A stretch of DNA of 64,000 nucleotides, taken from assembly GCA_963826535.1 (NCBI GenBank), contig CAWGXL010000010.1, positions 42,814 through 106,813 on the forward strand, given 5' to 3'. Positions within the stretch are counted from its first letter, which is position 1. Every line of letters begins with the position of its first letter. The notes under the pieces were generated by a model that was not told where the DNA came from, made no database searches, and saw nothing but the letters and a program-made list of their open reading frames with translations. Shown here piece after piece: positions 18,122-27,610 of this stretch. The position numbers were made by a program, and so were the translations under genes. This DNA comes from an uncultured bacterium (GTDB taxonomy: Bacteria; Patescibacteriota; Microgenomatia; Levybacterales; UBA12049).

Positions 18122-18194
18122 AAACTTGAAGAGTATAATACCTGAGCGTTGCAATCATCTTGTAACAATTCACAGTTATGACACAATTTTGTTA

Positions 18195-18259
18195 TCGTGA
18201 TCCCGATTTAATCGGGAGTGGAGATCAATAAAGATTGTTTCCCCCGCTGAGCGGGGTCG
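18195..18259. repeat. Partial MITE-like copy (right end ...GTCGCAATGACAT, CCCCGCTGAGCGGGG hairpin)
   Basis: Right TIR resembles type 2 (ctcgcaatgaca); the ccgctgagcgg hairpin also occurs at 39172 and 45468. Confidence 0.4.
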
Positions 18260-18350
18260 CAATGACATGTTTATGTTAGAAGTGAGAACAGTTACTCATT
18301 TGATAATTTTTGCAAAATGAGTGTGTAGTGGTATATAATATAGTCCTGTT

Positions 18351-18578
18351 ATGCTGGAAAGTGTTTTAAATATTTCACAGATTATTATTTCGGTTCTGCT
18401 CATTGTAGTTATATTACTTCAAACTCCTGAAGGGGGATTATCGCCAGTTTTCGGTGGTGGAGGAGAAATGTTCCGGAGCAGAAGAAGTGTGGAAAAATTA
18501 TTGGTTGCTGCAACGATATTTTTGTCTGTTGTTCTCGCTTTATTATCAATAATTCTTCTTTTTCCGCAATTTAAATAA
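18351..18578 (+). CDS. secG: Preprotein translocase subunit SecG
   Basis: 75 aa with two TM segments and the glycine-rich loop LQTPEGGLSPVFGGGG typical of SecG. Confidence 0.7.
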   Translation: MLESVLNISQIIISVLLIVVILLQTPEGGLSPVFGGGGEMFRSRRSVEKLLVAATIFLSVVLALLSIILLFPQFK

Positions 18579-18581
18579 AAT

Positions 18582-19949
18582 ATGGCTGTTCGACGAAGAC
18601 TTATATTCTGGCTGTTCCGGGCTTATATAGAAAAGAGGGGCAAGACGATCCTTTTTTCTTTTTTGGCCGGACTTATAGTTTTTTTTATTTTCCTTTTTAC
18701 CTCCCGCTTTTATGTAAACCTAATTCCGATTTATAAACACACTATAGTCGGAGTTACTGGTGCGTATACCGGGGACAACCTACCGCTTTTTATTGTTGAA
18801 AAGATATCTAGAGGATTGACTTCTGTAAATAAAGACGGAGCGGTAAAACCGGCAATTGCCTCGTCATGGGACATCCTTGATAATGGAAAAACCTATGTTT
18901 TTCATTTAAAAAAAGATTTATATCTTTCTAATGGGAAGAATATTACTTCCGATCTAATAAATTACAATTTTTCCGATGTTACAGTAGAAAGACCAGACAA
19001 ATATACTATTATATTTAAATTGAAAGAAACATACGCGCCATTCTTGATCACAGTATCACGTCCTATTTTTCAACCGGGTTTGGTCGGAGCAGGTGATTAT
19101 AAAATTGATGATATTAAATTGAATGGTGATTTTGTACAATCTTTGACCATAATAGGTGTAAAAGATAGGTTTGACGTCAAAACATATGAGTTTTATCCGA
19201 GTACGGAAGCATTAAAATATGCCTATGTATTGGGTGAGGTTAATCAAGCGGTCGAGCTTATAAATGATGGATTTCATGACACAACTTTTGATAAGTTCAG
19301 TAATACTAAAGTTAACAAAAAAATAAATTATAGTAAATTAGTTACTCTGTTTTATAATAATAACGATAATATTCTTTCTGATAAAAAGGTCAGGCTGGCT
19401 CTTTCATACGCTTTACCGAATGATTATTCTGATGGAGAGAATGCGTTCCTTCCTTACCCGCCGGATTCTATTTATTACAATAAAGATCTTGAAGAAAAAA
19501 AGCAAAATTTTGAACACGCAAAATTGCTTTTAACAGCTGCAAACACTGCAAGTGAATCCGCGAAAACCTCTGACCAGCTAAATTTAACTATCAAGACTTT
19601 ACATAAGTATAGACTGTTAGCAAATGATATAGCCAAAAATTTTGTTGAAATTGGTGTAAAAACAAATATTGAAGAAGTCGATGAAGTCCCTGCTGACTTC
19701 CAATTGTATTTAGGAGATATTATACTTTCAGATGACCCTGATCAGTATTCATTATGGCATTCGGCACAAATAAAAAATATTACAAAATACAAAAATTTAC
19801 GTATTGATAAATTGCTTGAAGATGGAAGAAAGACTATAAATATAAATTCCCGTAAAAAAATTTATGCCGATTTCCAGAGGTTTTTAACAGAAGACGTTCC
19901 CGCTTCATTTCTCTATTTTCCCACTGAGTATGAGCTGGCGAGAAAGTAA
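18582..19949 (+). CDS. ABC transporter substrate-binding protein, family 5-like (peptide/nickel), N-terminal TM anchor
   Basis: PAIASSWDILDNGKTYVFHLKKDL matches the SBP_bac_5 N-terminal signature (ESWe.sdDGKTYTFhLRk). Confidence 0.55.
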   Translation: MAVRRRLIFWLFRAYIEKRGKTILFSFLAGLIVFFIFLFTSRFYVNLIPIYKHTIVGVTGAYTGDNLPLFIVEKISRGLTSVNKDGAVKPAIASSWDILDNGKTYVFHLKKDLYLSNGKNITSDLINYNFSDVTVERPDKYTIIFKLKETYAPFLITVSRPIFQPGLVGAGDYKIDDIKLNGDFVQSLTIIGVKDRFDVKTYEFYPSTEALKYAYVLGEVNQAVELINDGFHDTTFDKFSNTKVNKKINYSKLVTLFYNNNDNILSDKKVRLALSYALPNDYSDGENAFLPYPPDSIYYNKDLEEKKQNFEHAKLLLTAANTASESAKTSDQLNLTIKTLHKYRLLANDIAKNFVEIGVKTNIEEVDEVPADFQLYLGDIILSDDPDQYSLWHSAQIKNITKYKNLRIDKLLEDGRKTININSRKKIYADFQRFLTEDVPASFLYFPTEYELARK

Positions 19950-19956
19950 GTAGGTA

Positions 19957-21486
19957 TTAGAGAATACTGGATAGGGCGGATTTACTGCGGAGTTTCTTGT
20001 GGTAGGTTATGGCGAAGCGATGTGCTTCGTCCCGGATGCGCATAATTAAATGGAGAGAAGGGGAGCTTTTGGGAAGTGAAATTTCTTGATAATGCTCTCC
20101 CTCTTTTGTCATTGCGAGCGAACGAAGTGAGCGCGGCAATCCTGCCCGATTATTTGTCAATTTTTCTTTTAATAGAGATTGCTTCGTCTCCTCCATCCGG
20201 CGGATCCTCGCAATGACAGGAACTATTATTGTCTCTTCTCTCTTGGCCAATCCAATCAGGGGTATATTCATATTATTTTCTTGTAAAACTTTAAGCGCTG
20301 CTGATACCTGCCCCTTGCCCCCGTCAACGATTATTAAATCAGGCAAGTCCCATTCAGTATGTTTTAGTCTCCGCGTTATCACTTCTTGCATCATTGCAAA
20401 ATCATTTGGTTTGCCCGATATTCGAATTTTAAATTTACGATATTGCGAACCCTCTTTTTCACCGTTTATAAATACCACCATTGACCCCGTCGCATTTGTG
20501 CCTTGTGTATTGGAGATATCATAACACTCAATTCTGTTTAGTTTTTTCATATCCCCCCAACTCCAATCCCCCAAGCCCCCTTTATTAAAGGGGGTGTCCG
20601 AAGGACGGGGGATTTTTGCAGCATCCGGAAGCAAAGTTGATTCTTGAATATTCTGGGCAGTGGGAATTTTGTGAGTTTGATTCAATGCTTCCATCAACCC
20701 ATTTAATTCCTGTTGTCTTAGGTCCGCGCGGAGATTAGGATTTGTATCATATTCAAAAGGCGTGTGGATTGGTGTTGTTATTAAACCAAGTGCATCTATT
20801 TTTTTCTGGATTTTAAGCGCTTCTTCAAAGTTCTCGTACTTACTTAATTTATCACGCTCTTTTTCCAGCTCACCCATTATTTTTCGGGACTGACCTTCTA
20901 ATATACGAATAATATTGCGGATAGTCTTTTTATAATCTTTAGCCGCCTCCACCGAATCAAAAACCTGTGGACATGGACATAAACCCAGGTGATTATATAG
21001 GCAAATTCGCTTAGAGTGATTTAGAGCTGAAACATAAGGAAAAACACGTCGGATTGTTTTGAGCACCAACCGTACAGAAGAAGTACTTGGATATGGGCCA
21101 AAATAGATTGCCTTGCTATCTTGCTCTAGTCTAGCCAAAGTAATACTTGGATATTTATCTTTTATAGTAATCTTAATTCGGATATATGATTTGTTATCTC
21201 TTAAAGTTATATTATATTTTGGCTGGTATTTTTTAATATAATAGGCTTCGAGAAGTAAAGCTTCCAGCTCTGATTCAACGACGGTTATTTTTATCTTTTT
21301 TATTTGCGAAACAAGCACCCGGGTTTTGTCACCTAAATCTTTGTTAATATAATACGAAGAAACTCGCGCTTTCAGATCGTTGGCTTTTCCAACATAAAGT
21401 ACAATATTACCTGCGTCTAAAAATCTGTAGACGCCCGCTTTTGAGGGCAATGATGAGTATGATAATACAGAGTATACCAATTCCAA
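19957..21486 (-). CDS. uvrC: Excinuclease ABC subunit C, carrying two in-frame repeat insertions and lacking the C-terminal HhH region
   Basis: GIY-YIG domain (GVYRFLDAGNIVLYVGKANDLKARVSSY), UvrC core, EAHRFAI motif; the ORF ends about 20 aa after EAHRFAI; the start is probably downstream of the track TTG at 21486. Confidence 0.8.
   Translation of the reverse strand: MELVYSVLSYSSLPSKAGVYRFLDAGNIVLYVGKANDLKARVSSYYINKDLGDKTRVLVSQIKKIKITVVESELEALLLEAYYIKKYQPKYNITLRDNKSYIRIKITIKDKYPSITLARLEQDSKAIYFGPYPSTSSVRLVLKTIRRVFPYVSALNHSKRICLYNHLGLCPCPQVFDSVEAAKDYKKTIRNIIRILEGQSRKIMGELEKERDKLSKYENFEEALKIQKKIDALGLITTPIHTPFEYDTNPNLRADLRQQELNGLMEALNQTHKIPTAQNIQESTLLPDAAKIPRPSDTPFNKGGLGDWSWGDMKKLNRIECYDISNTQGTNATGSMVVFINGEKEGSQYRKFKIRISGKPNDFAMMQEVITRRLKHTEWDLPDLIIVDGGKGQVSAALKVLQENNMNIPLIGLAKREETIIVPVIARIRRMEETKQSLLKEKLTNNRAGLPRSLRSLAMTKEGEHYQEISLPKSSPSLHLIMRIRDEAHRFAITYHKKLRSKSALSSIL
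20107..20218 (+). mobile_element. MITE-like repeat, type 2 (TIR TGTCATTGCGAGCG.../...CTCGCAATGACA), inserted in-frame in uvrC
   Basis: The reverse complement translates without stops to PVIARIRRMEETKQSLLKEKLTNNRAGLPRSLRSLAMT, which is residues ~420-459 of the UvrC ORF, between the conserved GLAKREE and RDEAHRFA segments. Confidence 0.7.
20565..20615. repeat. Nested palindromic element, copy 2, in-frame in uvrC
   Basis: aatcccccaagCCCCCTTTATTAAAGGGGGtgtccgaaggacGGGGGATTT; read on the minus strand it encodes ...DTPFNKGGLGDWSWGD within UvrC. Confidence 0.7.
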
Positions 21487-23257
21487 TTCCTCCTCCGACC
21501 GTCCACCATTTTTTAATAAGTAATGGGGAAATATCGATTGTTTGCGTTAATGTCTGATTGCTTACACGTATTGTAAAACTCTTTATTTTATTTGTCAAAA
21601 AAGGTTCTTTCTTAAATGAAACGTTTAGACTTGCTGACCCAAAAGGAGGAATTAGGGGTACATTGAGTATTTGTTCACTAGGAGAAAGTTTGGATGATGA
21701 AATTGTTAATACCTGTGGAGATAATAGGCTTTGGCTGGCATTCTTTATTGTGATTTTACCTTTAATCGGTAAAGCAGCCATCGCATGTTTTGGCAGAGAC
21801 GAAATAATATCAAAATTAGCATCAATCGGGGGCGTGTTTTGACTGAAGTCAACCGAGACATCTTTGGTATATTTATCTGAAATAAATTTGTATCCTCCGG
21901 CAGGAATTGGGTAATTGCTATCCATTCCTTTTATAACAAAAGCAAAGTGATCAAAATCAAGTGTTGAGAAATAATCAATTCCACCTGTTGTACTTCCCCA
22001 CGTCGGATCAACCATAATCCATGTTTTTTTCTGATCATCATAATATTCCGGCCAGGCATGCAGAATATCCTTGACTAAAGAAAGAGGCCGTTGTTTGGTA
22101 TTTTGAGTGTAGGCGAATCCGTCAACTTCACGGGCTGGGATCCCGGCTGCACGGGCTAAAGCTATGAATAGATCGGTATACTCCAGGCAAACTGCGGAAT
22201 CGGGATTTTTCAACGCATTTAGAGCTCCTAAGCGGGGCTTGTCCTCCGTTACTCTTGTAAAGTCATATTTTAGTGCTTTAATTACAAATTTGTAAATTGC
22301 GTCCGGAGTTTTTAGCTCCTGTGCTAGTTGTTTTAATTCATTTGAATCTGCCTGCCAATATGGTTTTTCTTCCAGATATTTAATTCTGGACTCCTGCGAT
22401 AATTCTTCCGGCATGGGATTAAGCAGTATTTCTGCTTTACCATCAACAGTTACATCCATTTTTTGCGATGGCCCAAGATTAAAACTGGCAAGCCAATTTT
22501 TATCTTTATCAAGTACAACATTCTCGGGCAAAGGGCGAATGTCTTGAATAAAGACATTTTGATAGTTTGTCGTTGGGGGTATAGCAATTTCTGTTTTTAC
22601 AGGATAGAGATTATCATTTTTTATATGATAGGTAAGATGAAAAGAATAAATTTGCTTGTCGCCAAAGGAAATCGAAATACCGGATTTTCCAAGTTGTTTT
22701 TTATCAAAGACAAGACTTTCAAAAGAATTGACCTGCCTGCCGGCAGGCAGGTAGGGTTTAGTGTATGCCGGCTTACCAAAAGACGGCGGGACTTTAATTT
22801 CAACAGCAAATGTATCAAATTCGTCAGGATTTGATATTCCCGGTACATTAATTTCCCAGATTTTCCCGTATTGTTTGGCTACATCAGGGGTATCAAAAGT
22901 AATAGTAAAGTCTAATTTCTTACCTTGCCCTGGGGCTTTTTTGTTGAATGTTAAATTTATAATATATCCATCATCATTTTTTTCTATAACCGGATTTATT
23001 TTTCCGTCAGGATCAACGGCCGAAATATTGGTAATATTATCAAAACCCACCTGAATTTTATAAGAAGACGCGTAATACTCTGAAGTCTTATTAGTCAAGC
23101 TCACTTTTAAAGTGGCATGAGTTATTCCACTGGTCGCAGTTGAGTAAGTAACATTATAATCAGTGATAAAGTTGGAGGCAGCGGAAACAGGATACCGAGC
23201 AGATATTAAGAAAAAAGATACTATTATTGCAATTAAAAATGTAATTTTACTAAACAT
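21407..23257 (-). CDS. Transglutaminase-like cysteine protease domain protein, secreted, C-terminal TM anchor
   Basis: N-terminal signal peptide, transglutaminase core (CLEYTDLFIALARAAGIPAREVDGF), C-terminal hydrophobic anchor plus RRR tail; the 3' end overlaps the annotated uvrC start by ~80 nt. Confidence 0.65.
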   Translation of the reverse strand: MFSKITFLIAIIVSFFLISARYPVSAASNFITDYNVTYSTATSGITHATLKVSLTNKTSEYYASSYKIQVGFDNITNISAVDPDGKINPVIEKNDDGYIINLTFNKKAPGQGKKLDFTITFDTPDVAKQYGKIWEINVPGISNPDEFDTFAVEIKVPPSFGKPAYTKPYLPAGRQVNSFESLVFDKKQLGKSGISISFGDKQIYSFHLTYHIKNDNLYPVKTEIAIPPTTNYQNVFIQDIRPLPENVVLDKDKNWLASFNLGPSQKMDVTVDGKAEILLNPMPEELSQESRIKYLEEKPYWQADSNELKQLAQELKTPDAIYKFVIKALKYDFTRVTEDKPRLGALNALKNPDSAVCLEYTDLFIALARAAGIPAREVDGFAYTQNTKQRPLSLVKDILHAWPEYYDDQKKTWIMVDPTWGSTTGGIDYFSTLDFDHFAFVIKGMDSNYPIPAGGYKFISDKYTKDVSVDFSQNTPPIDANFDIISSLPKHAMAALPIKGKITIKNASQSLLSPQVLTISSSKLSPSEQILNVPLIPPFGSASLNVSFKKEPFLTNKIKSFTIRVSNQTLTQTIDISPLLIKKWWTVGGGIGIGILCIIILIIALKSGRLQIFRRR

Positions 23258-23261
23258 GAAT

Positions 23262-23400
23262 TAAAATCAAAAATCCAAAATTACAAATTCCAAATAAATT
23301 CAAATATTTAAATTCAAATATCAAAACATGTTTTGGATTTAATTATTTGAATTTTGATATTATTTGTAATTTGGTGCTTTGAATTTGTAATTTATAGATC
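23262..23400. promoter_or_regulatory. ~130 bp AT-rich imperfect palindrome centred on a perfect CAAAACATGTTTTG, between uvrA (3' end) and the transglutaminase-like gene (5' end)
   Basis: aaatccaaaattacaaattccaaata...tcaaaacatgttttggatttaat...ttgtaatttggtgctttgaatttgtaattt; the arms share AAATCCAAAA/TTTTGGATTT and ATTACAAATTC motifs. Confidence 0.4.
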
Positions 23401-23405
23401 CTAAT

Positions 23406-26339
23406 CTATTTTAATACATTCTTGAGGAATTTGCCTGTCCAAGAGTTGGGGTTAGCAGCAATTTCTTCGGGTGTGCCGGTTGCTACAACTTGTCCTCCTT
23501 TTTCTCCTCCTTCAGGACCTAAGTCAATAATGTAATCGGCATTTTTTATTACATCTAAATTATGTTCAATAACAATGACCGAATTACCAAGACTTACTAA
23601 TCTTTGTAATACATATAATAATTTTTCCAGATCAGCAAAGTGCAAGCCTGTAGTTGGCTCATCCAATATATAAAGGGCATCCCCGCCTTTTTTCGAAAGT
23701 TCAGCAGCAAGTTTGACTCTCTGGGCTTCTCCCCCTGAAAGTGTTGGAGCGGCCTGACCCAACTTGATGTAGGATAGGCCCACATCATTAAGCGTTGCCA
23801 GCCTATGCGTTAGTCCGGGAATATGCGCGAAGAAATTTAAGGCTTGTGTTACGCTCATATCCAGTACATCGGCAATATTTTTATTATTAAATAATATCTC
23901 TAACGCTTCATTGTTATATCGTTTCCCCCGGCAAACTTCGCATGTTACATAAACGTCAGCAAGAAACTGCATTTCAATTTTTATTTGACCCTCTCCTTGG
24001 CATCCCTCACAACGGCCGCCTTTTACATTAAAGGAAAATCTACCCGGACCATAGCCACGCAGTTTTGCCTCTTTTGTAGCAGCAAAGAGACTACGGATAT
24101 AGGAAAAGGCACCGGTATATGTAACACAATTACTCCTTGGTGTCCGACCAATAGGCGATTGGTCGATAGCAAAGACATGCCTCACATTCTCATGTCCCTG
24201 AAGTCCAATAAATTTACCCGCCTTTTGCGGGTGGAACGAGTTTTTTAATTGCATTAAGGCATGGAAAAGAATATCGTTTACCAGAGTTGATTTTCCGCTG
24301 CCTGAGACGCCCGTTACTACGACTAATTTATTTAAAGGGAAATCAACAGTAATCTTTTTAAGATTATGCTCTGAAGCTCCAATTAGTTTTAGGAATTTAA
24401 ATCCCCCGTCCTGCGGGACACCCCCTTTATTAAAGGGGGTAAGGGGGATTTCTTTTGCTTCTGATTTATTTATTTGTATTTTCTTTCTTCCCGACAAATA
24501 AGCACCGGTAATAGAATTTTTATTTTTCTTAATTTCCGCAATAGTTCCCTGCGCAACGATTTTTCCTCCATCTTCACCCGCTCCGGGTCCGAAGTCAAAA
24601 ATATAATCTGATTCTTCCATGGTTTCCTGGTCATGTTCAACGACCAATATTGTGTTTCCCAGATCCCGAAGCTTTTTAAGCGTCAGAATTAATTTAGAAT
24701 TGTCCCGTTGATGCAATCCAATAGACGGCTCATCCAGAACATACAAAACTCCGGTTAATCCGCTACCTATTTGTGATGCAAGGCGAATTCTTTGTGCTTC
24801 ACCTCCGGCCAAAGAAGCGGCTCCGCGGGCTAAAGTCAAGTATTCAAGCCCGACATCTATTAGAAAGCTTAAACGCTGTCGTATCTCACGCAAAATCATT
24901 TTGCCTATATCCTGTTCTCTTTTTGAAAGCACTGCGTTTTCTAGGCTGTCGATAAATTTGAGCGCCTGATCAATAGGAAAATTTGCAACATCTACTATAG
25001 ATTTATCATATATAGTAACCGCCAGTGCCTCTTTTTTAAGTCGTGCCCCATTGCAGCGCGGACAAATATCAAAACGCATAAATTTATCGATTTGGGTTCT
25101 GATAAATTGCGAGTCGGATTCATTATAGCGATTCTTGAGCTCATGATTAATGCCGCGAAACGGCTCATAAATTTCAGTTGTGCGCCCCCAGCGGTTTTCT
25201 CCTTCAACCCGGTATTCTTTTTTTCCTGTTCCGTAAATCAACAAATCTTTTTTTTCTTTGGGTACATCACTTAATTTTGTACTAAGCGGGACATCGTTCT
25301 CCTTACAGAAAGTTTTAAAAGTACGCGAAAACCAAGTGTCGCTCTCTGTCAAATTAAAAAATGGCAAGACCCCACCTTCGTTAATTGTCATTTTGTTATT
25401 GAATACCAAATCCCTGTCAACATTTAGTACCCGGCCCAAGCCGGCGCAATCCGGACATGCTCCATGAGGTGTGTTAAACGAGAAAATTCTAGGTTCAATT
25501 TCCGGAAGGGAAATGTTGCAAACAGGACAGGCAAACTTTTCGGAGAATAGTTGGTCTTCCATTTCCTTAGGCTTTTCCGGTAAATTGAACGAAGAATCTT
25601 GTATTATAGAGACAATCATTTCACCATCGCCATACTGTAATGCCTGCTCAACATCGGTGACAATACGGATCCGGTCTGTATCTTTTGTAAGCACTAAGGA
25701 ATCAATAATTACTTCGATCGTGTGCTTGTTTGTTTTAATAAGCACAAGCTTTTCATCAAGAGTAAAGACCTCTCCATCTATTCTTACCTTGCGGTATCCG
25801 CGCTTTTTCAAACTATTAAATAATTCCGTATACTCACCTTTCCTGTCTTTGACCACTGCTGCCATAAGCATAATACGCAGGTCTGCCCGTCCGGGCATTT
25901 TATGTTTTTTTAACATGTCAAATATAGTATTGGCGATTTGTTCTTTAGACTGACGGGCTATCTCACGCCCGCAATTTGGACAATGCGGATGGCCAATGCG
26001 CGCGAAAAGCAAACGAAGATAGTCATAAATTTCCGTCACCGTACCGACAGTTGAACGGGGATTATGACTTGTTGATTTCTGATCAATGGATATAGCAGGA
26101 GACAAGCCTTCAATAAGATCAATATCCGGCTTTTTCATCGTCCCCAAAAATTGGCGCGCATAAGATGAAAGACTCTCCACATAACGGCGCTGCCCCTCCG
26201 CGTATATTGTGTCAAAAGCAAGTGAAGATTTCCCGCTCCCGGAAAGCCCGGTCAAAATAACCAGCTTATTTTTAGGAATCTCCATGTCAATATTTTTGAG
26301 ATTATGTTCCCGAGCGCCTTTGATAACGAGTTTATCCAT
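23406..26339 (-). CDS. uvrA: Excinuclease ABC subunit A, with an in-frame palindromic-element insertion
   Basis: Two ABC ATPase modules ([23 protein letters not shown]; [13 protein letters not shown]) and zinc-finger CxxC pairs; 977 aa. Confidence 0.9.
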   Translation of the reverse strand: MDKLVIKGAREHNLKNIDMEIPKNKLVILTGLSGSGKSSLAFDTIYAEGQRRYVESLSSYARQFLGTMKKPDIDLIEGLSPAISIDQKSTSHNPRSTVGTVTEIYDYLRLLFARIGHPHCPNCGREIARQSKEQIANTIFDMLKKHKMPGRADLRIMLMAAVVKDRKGEYTELFNSLKKRGYRKVRIDGEVFTLDEKLVLIKTNKHTIEVIIDSLVLTKDTDRIRIVTDVEQALQYGDGEMIVSIIQDSSFNLPEKPKEMEDQLFSEKFACPVCNISLPEIEPRIFSFNTPHGACPDCAGLGRVLNVDRDLVFNNKMTINEGGVLPFFNLTESDTWFSRTFKTFCKENDVPLSTKLSDVPKEKKDLLIYGTGKKEYRVEGENRWGRTTEIYEPFRGINHELKNRYNESDSQFIRTQIDKFMRFDICPRCNGARLKKEALAVTIYDKSIVDVANFPIDQALKFIDSLENAVLSKREQDIGKMILREIRQRLSFLIDVGLEYLTLARGAASLAGGEAQRIRLASQIGSGLTGVLYVLDEPSIGLHQRDNSKLILTLKKLRDLGNTILVVEHDQETMEESDYIFDFGPGAGEDGGKIVAQGTIAEIKKNKNSITGAYLSGRKKIQINKSEAKEIPLTPFNKGGVPQDGGFKFLKLIGASEHNLKKITVDFPLNKLVVVTGVSGSGKSTLVNDILFHALMQLKNSFHPQKAGKFIGLQGHENVRHVFAIDQSPIGRTPRSNCVTYTGAFSYIRSLFAATKEAKLRGYGPGRFSFNVKGGRCEGCQGEGQIKIEMQFLADVYVTCEVCRGKRYNNEALEILFNNKNIADVLDMSVTQALNFFAHIPGLTHRLATLNDVGLSYIKLGQAAPTLSGGEAQRVKLAAELSKKGGDALYILDEPTTGLHFADLEKLLYVLQRLVSLGNSVIVIEHNLDVIKNADYIIDLGPEGGEKGGQVVATGTPEEIAANPNSWTGKFLKNVLK
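24399..24452. repeat. Nested palindromic element, copy 3, in-frame in uvrA
   Basis: AAATCCCCCgtcctgcgggacaCCCCCTTTATTAAAGGGGGtaaGGGGGATTTc; encodes [16 protein letters not shown] in UvrA, in the linker before the second ABC module. Confidence 0.7.
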
Positions 26340-26509
26340 AAATTTTTTTGGGGAAAAAGATTATATATTATACCTCGAATTGCAACACAAGGCAATTGCC
26401 TCACTCTTGCAAAATGGGAAATCTTGGTTTCACTTAATAAATAGAGTATAATTCTGGAATTGTACACAGCAGCACTAAAAACACAAGCGGTTCTTTTTGC
26501 TTAATCTAT

Positions 26510-27058
26510 ATGACAGAAGTCTTGAGTGGAGAGTGGATACCTAAACGAGAATTCACAACTAAGCGAAAAAGTTTCTTACAAAAGCTAGAAGAAGTCGACA
26601 AGGAATTAGCCAACAATCCTCTTGTTGCCCTCATGGAAGGGGAGGAGAGTAGGTATGATATACCTCATGAGAAACTTGTAGGTTTTATCAAAGGTGTTTT
26701 AACGCAGGCGCGTGCTGACTATGAGAATGAGGGGTTGGAATTTGACCCTGTAGTGTGGATAGGAAAACGTTTAACATCAAGAACTATTCGTAGTGAGAGA
26801 GGTTTTATTCATAAACGCCCGAAATTAGGCGTATCGCTCAGCTATGCATGGGATGCGATCTCTGAACCTTATATTAAGAGTCAAGATTATAGAAGAATTA
26901 TAAAATACATTCTGAGATCAGAGACAGCAAGCGCAGGAAGTAATCTAGTTACCTTAGAGCCTGGGGCGGTCAAGTTTTTAGACGCAATGGCTGAAGCTGT
27001 TGATATTCCCTATACTCGCGGGGTGGCAACTTTTGACTTGCTGAAAAACATTCGGTAG
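26510..27058 (+). CDS. Hypothetical protein
   Basis: 182-aa ORF, no motif recognised. Confidence 0.35.
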   Translation: MTEVLSGEWIPKREFTTKRKSFLQKLEEVDKELANNPLVALMEGEESRYDIPHEKLVGFIKGVLTQARADYENEGLEFDPVVWIGKRLTSRTIRSERGFIHKRPKLGVSLSYAWDAISEPYIKSQDYRRIIKYILRSETASAGSNLVTLEPGAVKFLDAMAEAVDIPYTRGVATFDLLKNIR

Positions 27059-27090
27059 AATGCTAACGACTTATTTCGACACTAAAGCAA

Positions 27091-27312
27091 TTATATAAAA
27101 TCTTTTAGCTCTTCATACTCCATTGCCGCCTGTTTCAAAATACTTTTCAGCGTTCCTAATGCTACCTCTTTGTGTTTTGGAACAATTACTGTTTGCATTT
27201 TTCCAAATCGAAGTCCTCTTAATTTAACATGACTTCCTTTTGTAGAATATATATAAAATCCCATTCGCACTAAAGCTTTTATAATTTTTTCTCCGGAGTA
27301 TAATTTGGACAT
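27091..27312 (-). CDS. hicA: HicA-family toxin (mRNA interferase)
   Basis: MSKLYSGEKIIKALVRMGFYIYSTKGSHVKL: YcfA/HicA fold signature (KGSHxxL); 73 aa; the stop overlaps the partner gene's start. Confidence 0.7.
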   Translation of the reverse strand: MSKLYSGEKIIKALVRMGFYIYSTKGSHVKLRGLRFGKMQTVIVPKHKEVALGTLKSILKQAAMEYEELKDFI

Positions 27313-27530
27313 TAATTCAAAGCGAAGATCTGTGTTGTAACCTCCTCAATCATAGGGAACTGAAGATTATTTATATTTTCATCTTCCCTATACAAGTCAA
27401 ATGCCTCTTTTAAATTTTGTGTCGCTTCTTTTTTAGTATGTCCCTGGCTTGCCAGTTCAAGTTCCAGAAATTTAGCTATGAATAGCTTATCTTCTTTCCA
27501 AGTTATAATATGCAAAATTTGCTTTTTCAT
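27312..27530 (-). CDS. hicB: HicB-family antitoxin
   Basis: 72 aa, upstream of and overlapping hicA; HicB/UPF0150-like (IAKFLELELASQGHTKKEATQNLKEA). Confidence 0.6.
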   Translation of the reverse strand: MKKQILHIITWKEDKLFIAKFLELELASQGHTKKEATQNLKEAFDLYREDENINNLQFPMIEEVTTQIFALN

Positions 27531-27610
27531 AATTATTAGAATTTTAGCATTTTAATTGCCGCTTTACAAATATGTTCCTTTCATTATAATAGTTAAGGGA
27601 TAATGACTTA

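Noticed and set aside
21407-21486. 80-nt same-strand overlap between the transglutaminase-like gene and uvrC
   Set aside because: Probably an artefact of the track choosing the most upstream alternative start (TTG) for uvrC. The conserved UvrC N-terminus (…AGVYRF) begins ~15 codons in, so the real overlap is likely small or nil.
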